A stretch of 64,000 bases of DNA from the NCBI GenBank assembly GCA_965243025.1, contig CBDETY010000003.1:5888001-5952000 (forward strand), written 5' to 3'. This document shows positions 1 through 9,612 of the stretch, one piece after another. How positions within the stretch are numbered: position 1 is the first letter of the stretch; each line of letters opens with the position of its first letter. Below the pieces are notes generated by a model, which was not told the DNA's origin, searched no databases, and saw only the letters and a program-made list of their open reading frames with translations. The translations under genes and the position numbers were made by a program. This DNA is from Candidatus Latescibacterota bacterium (GTDB lineage: Bacteria; Latescibacterota; UBA2968; UBA8231).

Positions 1-182
1 ATGTGGGGGCAGCGGTTGTCGACCGCGTGAAAGCGGCCCCGGTAGCGGAAGAGGGCGAGGTGGGTGCCGTTGACGCTGAAGGGGCGGCTTTCTCCTTCGG
101 CGACGTCGGCGGCGGCGCACAACCGGTGGTATTCCAGCGGCCCGGCAGAGGGAGCGTCGTCGGGGCGGGTCGCCTGACTCAT
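1..182 (-). CDS. Rieske (2Fe-2S) domain protein, N-terminal part (runs off the window start)
   Basis: Absent from the ORF track. Manual minus-strand translation from ATG 182 with an upstream GAGGAGG RBS gives MSQATRPDD...LCAAADVAEGESRPFSVNGTHLALFRYRGRFHAVDNRCPH, which contains the Rieske box 1 motif (N-x-C-P-H). Confidence 0.85.
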   Translation of the reverse strand, partial: MSQATRPDDAPSAGPLEYHRLCAAADVAEGESRPFSVNGTHLALFRYRGRFHAVDNRCPH

Positions 183-458
183 GGTCAGCCTCCTCGGGGT
201 GAGGTGGGCCGGGGAGGGGGGTATTCCGGTTGGCCTGTCCCCGGCGGAACGCTACGCAAGTAACGTTTTGCGTTCCCCCTGGCAAGGGGCGGTCCCAACC
301 GGAACCGGGCGGCGGGGGTTCGCCGGGGAGCCTGACTCACTCCCGCCTTGATCGTTCCCGGGTGCGGCCCTTATTTGCCCATCCCCGGCCTCATCCATAA
401 AACCCCCAGGAACCGCCCGCGTTCCCGGACCTCGCTTTTCACAAGGGCAGGATCCACC

Positions 459-1466
459 ATGAACGCCTCCACCAGGGACCTGATCATCGCCGTTGCGGCA
501 TGCGCCCTCATCATCTTTTTCTTCGCCTCCATCGAGCTGATCGAGCTCTTCTTCGACTTTACCCGGAAGTACGAGGAATGGAACCTCGATGAGGTGATTG
601 CCGCGGTTCCCGCCCTGGCGCTGGTGACCGCCTGGTTCGCCGGGCGGCGCTGGCGCGAGATCCGGAGGCTGAACGGCGAGCTCGAAGAGACGGTGGCCCA
701 GCTCGAGGAGGCGATCGCGCAGCGCCGCGCCATGGAGGAGCAGCTCGGGGAAGCCTACAAGATGGCCGCCATGGGAGCGCTTACCGGCGGGCTCGCCCAC
801 GAGTTCAACAACGTGCTGCAGCCGATAGTCACCCTTGCCCAGCTCACCCTGGACCGCGGCGACCTGCCCGAAGAACAACGGACCCGGATCAGGCATATCC
901 TCAAGGCGGCCGAGCACGGCTGCGATGTCGTCAAGGGGACCCTGGCCTTTCCCGCCGGCGGAACCCAGGAAACCCACGACATGTTCCCGGCCGAGGATCT
1001 CGCCGCCTTCGTCCAAAAGGCGAGGGGGAATCTCGGAGAGGTCGAGATCGACACCCGGATCGCCGCCGACCCCGTGGCCGTTCGCGTCAACAGGACGGAG
1101 TTCCACCAGGTGCTGACCAACCTGGTGAAGAACGCTGCCGAAGCGATGGACCACAGGGGCAGGATCGAGATCGGCGTCGGCTCCCGTACCCTCGATGCCG
1201 AGGGAGCGCGCGCCAAGGGGCTGGCGGCCGGCAGGTACGTCCGCGTTACGGTGGCGGACAACGGCCCGGGCATGGCCCCCGAGGTCAGGGACCAGATCTT
1301 CGATCCCTTCTTCACCACCAAGGAGGCGGGAGAAGGCACGGGGCTTGGCCTCGCCATCGTCTACAGCCTGGTCCAGGGATGGGACGGAAAGATCTCCGTG
1401 TACTCCTCCCCCGGGAACGGGGCGGCGTTCGAAATCCTCATCCCCAGGCTGGAAACGGGGGCCTGA
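459..1466 (+). CDS. Membrane sensor histidine kinase (two N-terminal TM helices, HisKA + HATPase_c)
   Basis: H-box [13 protein letters not shown]-box [14 protein letters not shown]1 DNGPGM, F-box FDPFFTTK, G2 GTGLGL. Start taken at the ATG of MNASTRD. Confidence 0.92.
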   Translation: MNASTRDLIIAVAACALIIFFFASIELIELFFDFTRKYEEWNLDEVIAAVPALALVTAWFAGRRWREIRRLNGELEETVAQLEEAIAQRRAMEEQLGEAYKMAAMGALTGGLAHEFNNVLQPIVTLAQLTLDRGDLPEEQRTRIRHILKAAEHGCDVVKGTLAFPAGGTQETHDMFPAEDLAAFVQKARGNLGEVEIDTRIAADPVAVRVNRTEFHQVLTNLVKNAAEAMDHRGRIEIGVGSRTLDAEGARAKGLAAGRYVRVTVADNGPGMAPEVRDQIFDPFFTTKEAGEGTGLGLAIVYSLVQGWDGKISVYSSPGNGAAFEILIPRLETGA

Positions 1467-1468
1467 GC

Positions 1469-1870
1469 ATGGCGGCCATACTGCTCGGCGACGAGGACCC
1501 GGAGGTGCGCTTCGCGCTGGGGATGCTGTTGCGGGAGGCGGGCCACGAGATTCTCGAGGCGGACCGCTGCTCCGCGGTCCTGGAGACCGCCGCGGAGAAA
1601 AGGCCGGACCTCGTCGTGACCGACGTGAACATGGCGGGCATGAGCGGCGTCGAGCTGATCGAACAGCTGCGCAAGGCCCGCCCCGGAATCCCGGTCATTG
1701 CCATGACCGGAGGCGGAATGCACCAGACGCCGGACCTCGCCGCGACTCTCGCGGCGAATGCCGGGGCCGACAGGGTGCTGCAGAAGCCGTTCGGCAACGA
1801 CGAGCTCATCGCCGAGGTTTCGACCCTTCTTTCCGGTACCGGTGGTTCCGATCCGGAGAGAGATTCGTGA
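1469..1870 (+). CDS. Stand-alone response regulator receiver protein
   Basis: ILLGDED...PDLVVTDVNMAGMSG...IPVIAMTG...LQKPF receiver motifs; starts 2 nt after the kinase stop. Confidence 0.9.
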   Translation: MAAILLGDEDPEVRFALGMLLREAGHEILEADRCSAVLETAAEKRPDLVVTDVNMAGMSGVELIEQLRKARPGIPVIAMTGGGMHQTPDLAATLAANAGADRVLQKPFGNDELIAEVSTLLSGTGGSDPERDS

Positions 1871-2631
1871 ACCCGGAGAACCAGTACGATCCGATCGCCG
1901 AGGCCTACAAGGAGTCGAAGCAACTGCCCTTCCGGGAATTCGTCGAAGCCTATTCCCTTTTCGAGATCCTGGGAGATATTCGCGGGGCCACGGTTCTCGA
2001 CCTGGCTTGCGGCGACGGCTTCTACACGCGCAGGATCGTGCAGGCCGGGGCCCGGGAAGTCTCCGGCGTCGATATTTCCACCGAGATGATCAGGCTGGCC
2101 GAAGAGGAGGAACGCGCCAGGCCCCTGGGCTGCAGGTACCTGCAGGGAGACGCTGCCAGGCTCGAGCTTTCCGGGCAGGTCGATCTCGTGGTGGCGATGT
2201 ACCTGTTGAACTACGCCAGGACCAGGGAGGAACTTCTCGGGTTCGTCGAGGCGGCTTACGGCTTCCTGCGGCCCGGGGGACGGTTCGTCGGGTTCAACGA
2301 CAATGTCGGGCAGGTCCCCGGGGGAACCGTTTCCTATGCCCGGTACGGATTTGAAAAGGAGTGCGCCGACGCCCCCCGGGAAGGGGATGTCGTCCTGTAC
2401 AGGATGAGGCGAAAGGACGGCGGGACGTTCGAATTCAGGAACTACTTTCTGAAACCGGAGACGTACAGCTGGGCTTTCGGGCAGGCCGGGTTTCTCGACT
2501 TTGAATGGGCCGGGCCCTACCTGCACCCCGCCGAGCGGCAGAATGGATACTGGAACGAATTCATGGCCCGGCCGCCGGTCATCGGCTTCAGAGCGGAAAA
2601 ACAACAGGATGTCGGGGAACCCCGGGGGTAA
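1867..2631 (+). CDS. Class I SAM-dependent methyltransferase (ToxA-like)
   Basis: VLDLACGDG motif I, GVDISTEMI, AMYLLNYA. The GTG start overlaps the regulator stop (GTGA). Confidence 0.85.
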   Translation: MNPENQYDPIAEAYKESKQLPFREFVEAYSLFEILGDIRGATVLDLACGDGFYTRRIVQAGAREVSGVDISTEMIRLAEEEERARPLGCRYLQGDAARLELSGQVDLVVAMYLLNYARTREELLGFVEAAYGFLRPGGRFVGFNDNVGQVPGGTVSYARYGFEKECADAPREGDVVLYRMRRKDGGTFEFRNYFLKPETYSWAFGQAGFLDFEWAGPYLHPAERQNGYWNEFMARPPVIGFRAEKQQDVGEPRG

Positions 2632-2712
2632 GCGGGGGATCTTCATGGACTGCAGGATTGACGCTGAGCCACACCGTAAACCATCCGGATCGCGAAGGGG
2701 AGAAAGACCGAG

Positions 2713-3735
2713 ATGAAGAACAATGAGCTGATCGACATTGCGCAGGCTCTTGTGCCGACAGGCAAGGGAATCCTCGCCGCCGACGAGAGCTCCGGCACCA
2801 TTGCGAAGCGGTTCTCCGCAATCGACACCGAGTCGACGGAGGAGAACCGGCGCTCCTACCGCGAGCTGCTGTTCACGACGCCGGGCATGGAGGAGTTCAT
2901 CAGCGGGGTCATCCTCTACGACGAGACCATCCGGCAGGCGGCCGGCGACGGCACGCCGCTGCCGCAGGTGCTGTCGGACAAGGGGGTGATTCCCGGGATC
3001 AAGGCCGACATGGGGCTGAAGGATCTGCCCGGCTTCCCGGGGGAGCAGGCCACCGAGGGGCTCGACGGCCTGCAGGACCGGCTCGAGGAGTACCGGGAGC
3101 TGGGGGCGCGGTTCGCCAAGTGGCGGGCGGTGATCGCCGTGGGGGACGGGCTGCCCACCGCCGGCTGCATCGAGGCCAACGCCCACGGGCTGGCGCGTTA
3201 CGCGGCGATATCGCAGGCGGCAGGGCTGGTGCCGATCGTCGAGCCGGAGGTGCTGATGGACGGCGGCCACGACCTGCAGGCCTGCGAGGAGGCGACCGGG
3301 GCGGCCCTGGCCGGCGTCTACGGCCAGCTGCTCGGCCAGCGCGTCGAGCTCGAGGGCACCCTGCTGAAACCGAACATGGTGCTCTCCGGAAAAGACTGTC
3401 CGCAGCAGGCTTCGGTCGGGGAGGTCGCCGAGGCGACGCTGCGCTGCTTCCGCCGCACCGTGCCCGCGGCGGTCCCGGGCATCGTGTTCCTCTCGGGGGG
3501 ACAGGGCCCGGAGCAGGCGACCGCCCACCTCAACGCCATGAACGCGATCGGCGGGGCCCCCTGGCAGCTGAGCTTCTCGTACGGGCGCGCCCTGCAGGAG
3601 ACGGCGCTGAAGGCCTGGAAGGGGGATGCGGCCAACACCGAGGCGGCGAAGCGGGCTTTCTACCTGCGCGCCAGGCTGAACGGCGCCGCCCGCCACGGAG
3701 AGTACACCCTGGCGATGGAGCGGGAAGCCGCCTGA
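2713..3735 (+). CDS. fba: Fructose-bisphosphate aldolase class I (eukaryote-like family)
   Basis: GKGILAADES, ARFAKWRAV, LVPIVEPEV, Schiff-base LLKPNMV, FLSGGQ, SFSYGRALQ. Confidence 0.96.
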   Translation: MKNNELIDIAQALVPTGKGILAADESSGTIAKRFSAIDTESTEENRRSYRELLFTTPGMEEFISGVILYDETIRQAAGDGTPLPQVLSDKGVIPGIKADMGLKDLPGFPGEQATEGLDGLQDRLEEYRELGARFAKWRAVIAVGDGLPTAGCIEANAHGLARYAAISQAAGLVPIVEPEVLMDGGHDLQACEEATGAALAGVYGQLLGQRVELEGTLLKPNMVLSGKDCPQQASVGEVAEATLRCFRRTVPAAVPGIVFLSGGQGPEQATAHLNAMNAIGGAPWQLSFSYGRALQETALKAWKGDAANTEAAKRAFYLRARLNGAARHGEYTLAMEREAA

Positions 3736-3753
3736 CTCGCGGGGCCGGGGCAC

Positions 3754-6429
3754 TCAGGAATGGGTGGGGTCGCGCTTCTCCGGATCGATGCCGAGCTCGG
3801 AGGCCGCGCGGCGCACCTCCTCCCGGCCGAGCATTCCCTGGCGGTGCAGGTCGGCGAGGGCGGCATAGGCGATCGCCCCGGCGTCGACCTCGAAGAAACT
3901 GCGCAGCGCGGCGCGCGACTCGCTGCGGCCGAAGCCGTCGGTGCCGAGGGCGACCGGAGGCCGCGGGAACCAGCGCGCGATCGAGTTCGGCAGCGCCTTG
4001 ATGTAGTCGGAAGCGATGACGAAGCTGCCGCTTTCCCCCTCGAGACATTGGCCGATCCAGGATTTCGGGGCCGCTCCTTCCTCCTGGCGCAGGCCGAGCC
4101 GTTCGCTGGCCGCCCCGTCCTCGTGGAGCTGGCGGAAGCTGGTGATCGACCAGACGCTGGCGCCGACGTCGAAGCGCCCGGCGAGGATCTCCCGGGCGCG
4201 CAGCGCCTCGTTGAGGATGCTGCCGCTGGCGAACAGGTGGGCCCGCCCGGAGCAGCCCTCCGGCGCTTCCCGCAGCCGGTACATCCCCTTCAGGATCCCC
4301 TCCTCGGCCCCCGGCGGCATGGCCGGCATCGGGTAGTCCTCGTTCTGGACCGTCAGGTAGTAGACGAGGTCCTCGCCGCGGCCGTACATCCGCTCGACCC
4401 CCTCCCGCACGATGACGGCGAGCTCGTAGCCGAAGGCGGGGTCGTAGGCGACCACGTGGGGATAGCTGTAGGAGAGGAGATGGCTGTGCCCGTCCTGGTG
4501 CTGCAGCCCCTCCCCGTTCAGGGTCGTGCGCCCCGAGGTGGCCCCGATCAGGAAGCCGCGCGCCCGCTGGTCGCCGGCGGCGAACACGAAATCGCCGACG
4601 CGCTGGAACCCGAAGATCGAATAGAAGACGAAGAACGGCAGGGTGTGGATGCCGTGGCTGGAATAGGCGGTCCCGGCGGCGATGAAGGAGGACAGGGCCC
4701 CGGCCTCGGTGATCCCCTCTTCGAGGAGCTGCCCGTCCCGGGCCTCGCGGTAGTAGGTCAGGGTCTCGCTGTCGACCGGCTCGTAGAGCTGCCCGATGTG
4801 GGAGTAGATGCCGTACTGCCGGAACAGCGCCTCCATGCCGAAGGTGCGCGCCTCGTCGGCGACGATCGGCACGATCAGCGGGCCGAGCTGCTTGTGGCGC
4901 AGCAGCTTCGCGAGGATGCGCACGAACATCATGGTCGACGACGCGCGGCGCTCCCCGGTGCCGGCGAGGAACTCGTCGAACAGGTCGCGGTGCCCCCCCT
5001 CTCCCGGGGGCGGCGCCGACGGCCGGCTCGGCACGAAACCGCCGAGGGCCCGGCGGCGCTCGACCAGGTACTGGCTCTCGGGGGTCTCGGCCGCCGGCCG
5101 GTAGTAGGACAGCTGCTCGACCTCCTCGTCGGACAGGGGGATGGCGAAGCGGGTGCGGATGTTCCTCAGGGCCTCGCTGTCGAGCTTCTTCTGCTGGTGC
5201 GCCCCCATGCGCCCTTCCCCGGCTTCCCCCATTCCGTACCCCTTGATGGTCTTGGCGAGCACCACCGACGGGGCGCCGCGGAACTCGAGGGCGGCGCGGT
5301 AGGCGGCGTACACCTTCTCGGGGTCGTGGCCGCCGCGGCGGATGGTGCGGATGTGCTCGTCGGTCAGGTGCCGGGAGAGCTTCATCAGGCTCTCGTCGAC
5401 GCCGAAGAAGTGGTTGCGCTGGTAGTTGCCGTCGGAGACGCTGTACTTCTGGTACTGGCCGTCGACGAGCTCCCCCATGCGCCGCGCCAGCAGCCCCTTC
5501 TCGTCCCTGGCCAGCAGCGGGTCCCAGTCGCTGCCCCAGATCACCTTGATGACGTTCCAGCCGGCCCCGCAGAAGACCGTCTCCAGCTCCTGGATGATCT
5601 TGCCGTTGCCGCGCACCGGGCCGTCGAGCCGCTGCAGGTTGCAGTTGACGACGAAGACGAGGTTGTCGAGCTGCTCGCGGGCGGCCAGGGAGATGGCCCC
5701 GAGGGATTCCGGCTCGTCCATCTCGCCGTCGCCGATGAAGGCCCAGACCTTGGCGTCGGACCGCTGCTTGAGGCCGCGGTCCTCGAGATAGCGGTTGAAG
5801 CGGGCCTGGTAGATCGCCATGATCGGGCACAGGCCCATCGACGCGGTGGGGAACTGCCAGAAGTCCGGCATCAGGCGGGGGTGCGGGTAGGAGGACAGCC
5901 CCCCTTCCGGGTGGAGCTCGTGGCGGTAGTTGTCGAGCTGCTCCTCGCTCAGCCGCCCCTCGAGGAATGCGCGGGCGTAGATCCCCGGGGCGGTATGCGC
6001 CTGCCAGAAGATGTGGTCCCCCTCGAAACCGCTGCCGCGGCCGCGCATGAAGTGGTTGAGCGCCACCTCGTACAGAGCCGCCACCGAGGCGTAGGTCGCG
6101 ATATGGCCGCCGATCGTCGGGTCGGCGCGGTTGGCGCGCACAACCATGATCATGGCGTTCCAGCGGATGATGTTGCGGATGCGCCGCTCGAGGTCGTGGC
6201 TCCCCGGATAGGGGGGCTGCGCCGCCGGGGGGATGGTGTTGACGTACGGCGTGCTCGCGGCGAACGGCAGCGACACCCCGCGCTGCCGGGCGTGGTCGCG
6301 CAGGCGCTCGAGCAGCCCGCGGACGCGCTCCGGTCCCGAGTGCTCGAGCACGTAGTCGAGGGACTCGAGCCACTCCCCGGTCTCGAGGCTGTCGAGCAGC
6401 TCCTCGTCGGTCCGCGGCATGCCGGTCAT
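3754..6429 (-). CDS. aceE: Pyruvate dehydrogenase E1 component, homodimeric type
   Basis: ETGEWLESL, GGHIATYAS, SSYPHPRLMP, FPTASMGL, TPP motif GDGEMDEPES...NCNLQRLDGPVRGN, DEARTFGME, GEGLQHQDGHS. Start set at MTGMPR. Confidence 0.95.
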   Translation of the reverse strand: MTGMPRTDEELLDSLETGEWLESLDYVLEHSGPERVRGLLERLRDHARQRGVSLPFAASTPYVNTIPPAAQPPYPGSHDLERRIRNIIRWNAMIMVVRANRADPTIGGHIATYASVAALYEVALNHFMRGRGSGFEGDHIFWQAHTAPGIYARAFLEGRLSEEQLDNYRHELHPEGGLSSYPHPRLMPDFWQFPTASMGLCPIMAIYQARFNRYLEDRGLKQRSDAKVWAFIGDGEMDEPESLGAISLAAREQLDNLVFVVNCNLQRLDGPVRGNGKIIQELETVFCGAGWNVIKVIWGSDWDPLLARDEKGLLARRMGELVDGQYQKYSVSDGNYQRNHFFGVDESLMKLSRHLTDEHIRTIRRGGHDPEKVYAAYRAALEFRGAPSVVLAKTIKGYGMGEAGEGRMGAHQQKKLDSEALRNIRTRFAIPLSDEEVEQLSYYRPAAETPESQYLVERRRALGGFVPSRPSAPPPGEGGHRDLFDEFLAGTGERRASSTMMFVRILAKLLRHKQLGPLIVPIVADEARTFGMEALFRQYGIYSHIGQLYEPVDSETLTYYREARDGQLLEEGITEAGALSSFIAAGTAYSSHGIHTLPFFVFYSIFGFQRVGDFVFAAGDQRARGFLIGATSGRTTLNGEGLQHQDGHSHLLSYSYPHVVAYDPAFGYELAVIVREGVERMYGRGEDLVYYLTVQNEDYPMPAMPPGAEEGILKGMYRLREAPEGCSGRAHLFASGSILNEALRAREILAGRFDVGASVWSITSFRQLHEDGAASERLGLRQEEGAAPKSWIGQCLEGESGSFVIASDYIKALPNSIARWFPRPPVALGTDGFGRSESRAALRSFFEVDAGAIAYAALADLHRQGMLGREEVRRAASELGIDPEKRDPTHS

Positions 6430-6440
6430 GGCCTGTACAC

Positions 6441-7394
6441 TCAGTTCACGACGTTCTCGGGCTCGCCGGCGAGATACGCCTTGACGTTGTCGACCAGGGT
6501 GTTGAGGAGCCGCGAGCGCGCCGACCGCGTCGCCCAGGCGATGTGCGGGGTCACGAAGCAGTTCCTGGCGCTGAACAGGGGATTGTCGCGCGGCGGCGGC
6601 TCCACCGAGACGACGTCGAGCCCGGCCCCGGCGATGCGGCCGGAGTTGAGGGCGTCGGCGAGCGCCCGGTCGTCGACGAGGGGGCCGCGGCTGGTGTTGA
6701 TCAGCAGGGCCGACTCCTTCATCAGGTCGATGCGCCCGGCGTCGACGAGGTTCTCGGTTTCCGGGGTCAGCGGGCAGTGCAGGCTGATGACGTCGCTGCG
6801 GCGGAAGAGGTCGTCGACCCCGGTGAACTCGACCCCGGGGAAATCGGCCGGGTCGAGGTAGGCGTCGTGGGCGAGCAGCTCCATGCCGAGGGCGCGGCCG
6901 ATGTCCCCGGTGCGCTGGCCGATGCGTCCGTAGCCGACGATCCCCAGGGTCAGTCCGTCGAGCTCGCGCAGCGGGAAGTCCCAGTAGCAGAAGTCCCGGC
7001 ACTCGCTCCAGCGGCCTTCCTGGACGGTGCCGGCGTGGTGGGCGACCCGCTGCGTCAGGTTGAGGACGTGGGCGAAGACCATCTGCGCCACCGAGGCGGT
7101 GCCGTAGGTCGGGATGTTGGTCACCGGGATTTCCCGCTCCCGCGCCGCCTCGATGTCAACGACGTTGAACCCAGTCGCCTGGACGCCGATGTACTTCAGG
7201 TCCGGCAGCTGGCCGATCACCTCGCGCGAGAGCTCCACCTTGTTGGTCATGACGATTTCCGCTCCCCCGGCCCGTTCCACCGCCTGCTCGTCGAGGGAGT
7301 GGTCGTAGACGGTGAGCTCGCCGAGGGCCTCCAGGCCCTCCCAGCTGAGATCGCCCGGGTTTAGGGTGTATCCGTCCAGTACGACAATCTTCAT
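6441..7394 (-). CDS. hprA: D-2-hydroxyacid dehydrogenase (glycerate dehydrogenase/hydroxypyruvate reductase-like)
   Basis: MKIVVLDGYTLNPGDLSW, GIVGYGRIG, SLHCPLT, INTSRG, TPHIAW. Confidence 0.9.
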   Translation of the reverse strand: MKIVVLDGYTLNPGDLSWEGLEALGELTVYDHSLDEQAVERAGGAEIVMTNKVELSREVIGQLPDLKYIGVQATGFNVVDIEAAREREIPVTNIPTYGTASVAQMVFAHVLNLTQRVAHHAGTVQEGRWSECRDFCYWDFPLRELDGLTLGIVGYGRIGQRTGDIGRALGMELLAHDAYLDPADFPGVEFTGVDDLFRRSDVISLHCPLTPETENLVDAGRIDLMKESALLINTSRGPLVDDRALADALNSGRIAGAGLDVVSVEPPPRDNPLFSARNCFVTPHIAWATRSARSRLLNTLVDNVKAYLAGEPENVVN

Positions 7395-7623
7395 CGATCG
7401 CGTCTCCTGTCGCCCCGTGTGAGGGGGATGGGCTTTCCGGCCGCTATAGCGGCGCCGTGGTGATCGGCCCGCGTGATCAGTACAGGATAAACGGATTTAG
7501 CGGGGGAGCGGGCAAGGGAGAGCGCGGTACCCGGCCTGCGCCCTGTGGCATGCCGTTCCCCCCGTGTCCGCCGCTCGCCTGGTGGCAAGCCCCCCAGGCT
7601 CCAGGGAGGGACAGGGTGAAAGA

Positions 7624-8904
7624 CTAGAAATACAGCTTGGTCTCGAGGTAGTAGAAGTCGGGATAGGTTCCGAACTCGCTGCGGAACCTGAGGTCTTCGG
7701 CTGTTCCTCCAACGGGCCGGCGGCCGCGCGCGACCACCGCCCCGGCGACCACCTCGACTTCATCCGCGGCCGACCAGACCAGGCCGGGTTGGGCCAGCCA
7801 GGAGCCGTCCCCGATCCCCCACAGTCCGGCCAGGGAGCCGCTGACCAGGGGGTGGATCCGGCCGCTGGCGAGAGCTCCGAGCAGGTGGCTGCCCGCGTGC
7901 CGGAGCCGGCCTTCGGCTACCAGGGCGAACCGTTGCTTCAGGCTGCCGCGGGCGGCGCCGTTGTAGAAGTACTCCGCCTGCAGCTGCAGGCCGCCGGCGG
8001 CGAAACCGCGGCCGGCCCCGGCGACGGCGCTCAGGTAGCCGTCGACCCTGGAACTCCCCGTAACCCCGGCCCAGGTCTCGTCCCGGGCCCCGAACCAGGC
8101 CGCTTCCCCTCGCAGCTCCAAGCCCCCAAGCTCTCCGGCGGCGGCTCCCCCGAGCTGATAACCCCCGAGAATCTTTCCTCCCTGGGCGGCGACGTCCCAG
8201 CTTCGGACGTTTCCAAAGGCGCGCGCCACGAGGGCGCTGCGGTACCAGGCGTCCCCGCCGCCCGCCGGCGCGGCCCCGGACTGCGCCCGCCCCGGCACCC
8301 CGACCAGGGTGGCGCCCGAGAAGTCGCCGAGAGGGAGGTCTACGCGCACGGCGTCGACGCCGGGCTTGTAGTCGCGGTCGAACTGGGTGGATCCGAAAGG
8401 CAGGAAGATGTCGAGGGGGTTCCAGAACCAGGCCTTGCCGAAGGTGACCGCCTGGCGTCCGATGGTCAGGTCGGCGCGCTCGAAGGCGATCCTCATATGG
8501 GCCCGGTCGAGGTGGGCGGAGGCCCTGACGCCGCCGCCGTCCCCCCAGTCCCGGCGGGCGCCGGCAAGGCGGTAGGGCACCTCGGCGCTGGCGGCGCCCA
8601 GCAGGTTGGCCGAGCCGGCCGCGGCGTCGGCGAAGGTGGTCAGGGCCAGGTTCTTGACGGCGTGCGCCTCCCAGCGCAGGCGCGGGTGCGGGCGGCCGGA
8701 GGCGATGAGGCGCAGGGCGAGGCCGGTGTGGTAGTCGGCGACGTCGTCCCGGCCCCGCAGAAGCGGCCGGTCGTAGTTGCGCGCCGCCACGCTGGTGGTC
8801 CGGAGGTTGGCGTCGAGAGCGGGGAGAAGGCCGTCGGCGGGACTGCCGGCCGCCGGAAGCGCCGAGAGCGCCGCGCCGAGACAGGCGGGGGCGGCCGGCC
8901 TCAC
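7624..8904 (-). CDS. Putative outer-membrane beta-barrel protein of the LolA/LolCDE-like ABC operon
   Basis: Signal-peptide-like N-terminus, LTIGRQAVTFG...NPLD...PGVDAVR motifs, and a C-terminal YLETKLYF beta-signal. Overlaps the ATPase stop. Confidence 0.7.
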   Translation of the reverse strand: MRPAAPACLGAALSALPAAGSPADGLLPALDANLRTTSVAARNYDRPLLRGRDDVADYHTGLALRLIASGRPHPRLRWEAHAVKNLALTTFADAAAGSANLLGAASAEVPYRLAGARRDWGDGGGVRASAHLDRAHMRIAFERADLTIGRQAVTFGKAWFWNPLDIFLPFGSTQFDRDYKPGVDAVRVDLPLGDFSGATLVGVPGRAQSGAAPAGGGDAWYRSALVARAFGNVRSWDVAAQGGKILGGYQLGGAAAGELGGLELRGEAAWFGARDETWAGVTGSSRVDGYLSAVAGAGRGFAAGGLQLQAEYFYNGAARGSLKQRFALVAEGRLRHAGSHLLGALASGRIHPLVSGSLAGLWGIGDGSWLAQPGLVWSAADEVEVVAGAVVARGRRPVGGTAEDLRFRSEFGTYPDFYYLETKLYF

Positions 8905-9608
8905 TCCGCGGCGTCCTTTTCCGGCGCCGTGTCGCCGGTGATGCGGCCGTCCGTCAGGGTCAGCAGGCGCCGGGCGCGCTCGAGGACGCGGCTGTCGTGG
9001 GAGGAGAACAGGAAGGTCGTGCCCCGCTCCTCGTTGAGCCGCCCCATCAGGTCCATCAGGGACGAAGCGGTCGCCTGGTCGACGTTGGCGGTAGGCTCGT
9101 CGGCGAGCACGAGGGCCGGCGACGAGGCGATGGCCCGGGCGATGGCGACGCGCTGCTGCTGGCCGCCGGAGAGCTCGCGCGGAAAGCGGTGCTCCATGCC
9201 GGCGAGACCGACCTGCTCCAGCAGCTCCATCACCCTCTCGCGCCTCTCCCGCGGCCGCACCCCCTGCAGCATGAGGATGTACTCGGCGTTCTCGAAAGCG
9301 GTCAGCACCGGGATGAGGTTGTAGGCCTGGAACACGAAGCCGATGTGCCGCAGGCGCAGCTCGCTGAGCCGGCTCCCCGAGGCGGAGGTGATCTCCTCGC
9401 CGGCGACGAAAACCCTGCCCGCGGTGGGCCGGTCGAGGCCGCTGGCGACGTTGAGCAGGGTGCTCTTGCCGGAGCCGGAGGGCCCGGCGACCGCGGTGAA
9501 CTCCCCGGGATGGATTTCGAGGTCGATCCCCGCGAGGGCGCGGGTCGCGACCTGGCCCTCGCCGTAATCCTTGACCACCCTGTCGAGGCGGACGATGGCG
9601 GCGTTCAT
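8901..9608 (-). CDS. ABC transporter ATP-binding protein (LolD/MacB-like)
   Basis: Walker [10 protein letters not shown], signature [14 protein letters not shown], Walker B LADEPT, H-loop SSHD. Confidence 0.95.
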   Translation of the reverse strand: MNAAIVRLDRVVKDYGEGQVATRALAGIDLEIHPGEFTAVAGPSGSGKSTLLNVASGLDRPTAGRVFVAGEEITSASGSRLSELRLRHIGFVFQAYNLIPVLTAFENAEYILMLQGVRPRERRERVMELLEQVGLAGMEHRFPRELSGGQQQRVAIARAIASSPALVLADEPTANVDQATASSLMDLMGRLNEERGTTFLFSSHDSRVLERARRLLTLTDGRITGDTAPEKDAAE

Positions 9609-9612
9609 CGCT

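Noticed and set aside
3530-6861. Long overlapping ORFs (3530..6373 -, 3760..6861 +) and similar ones over cusA, glnE and the Fn3 gene
   Set aside because: Shadow ORFs of GC-rich coding DNA, with low-complexity Arg/Pro/Gly translations and no motifs.
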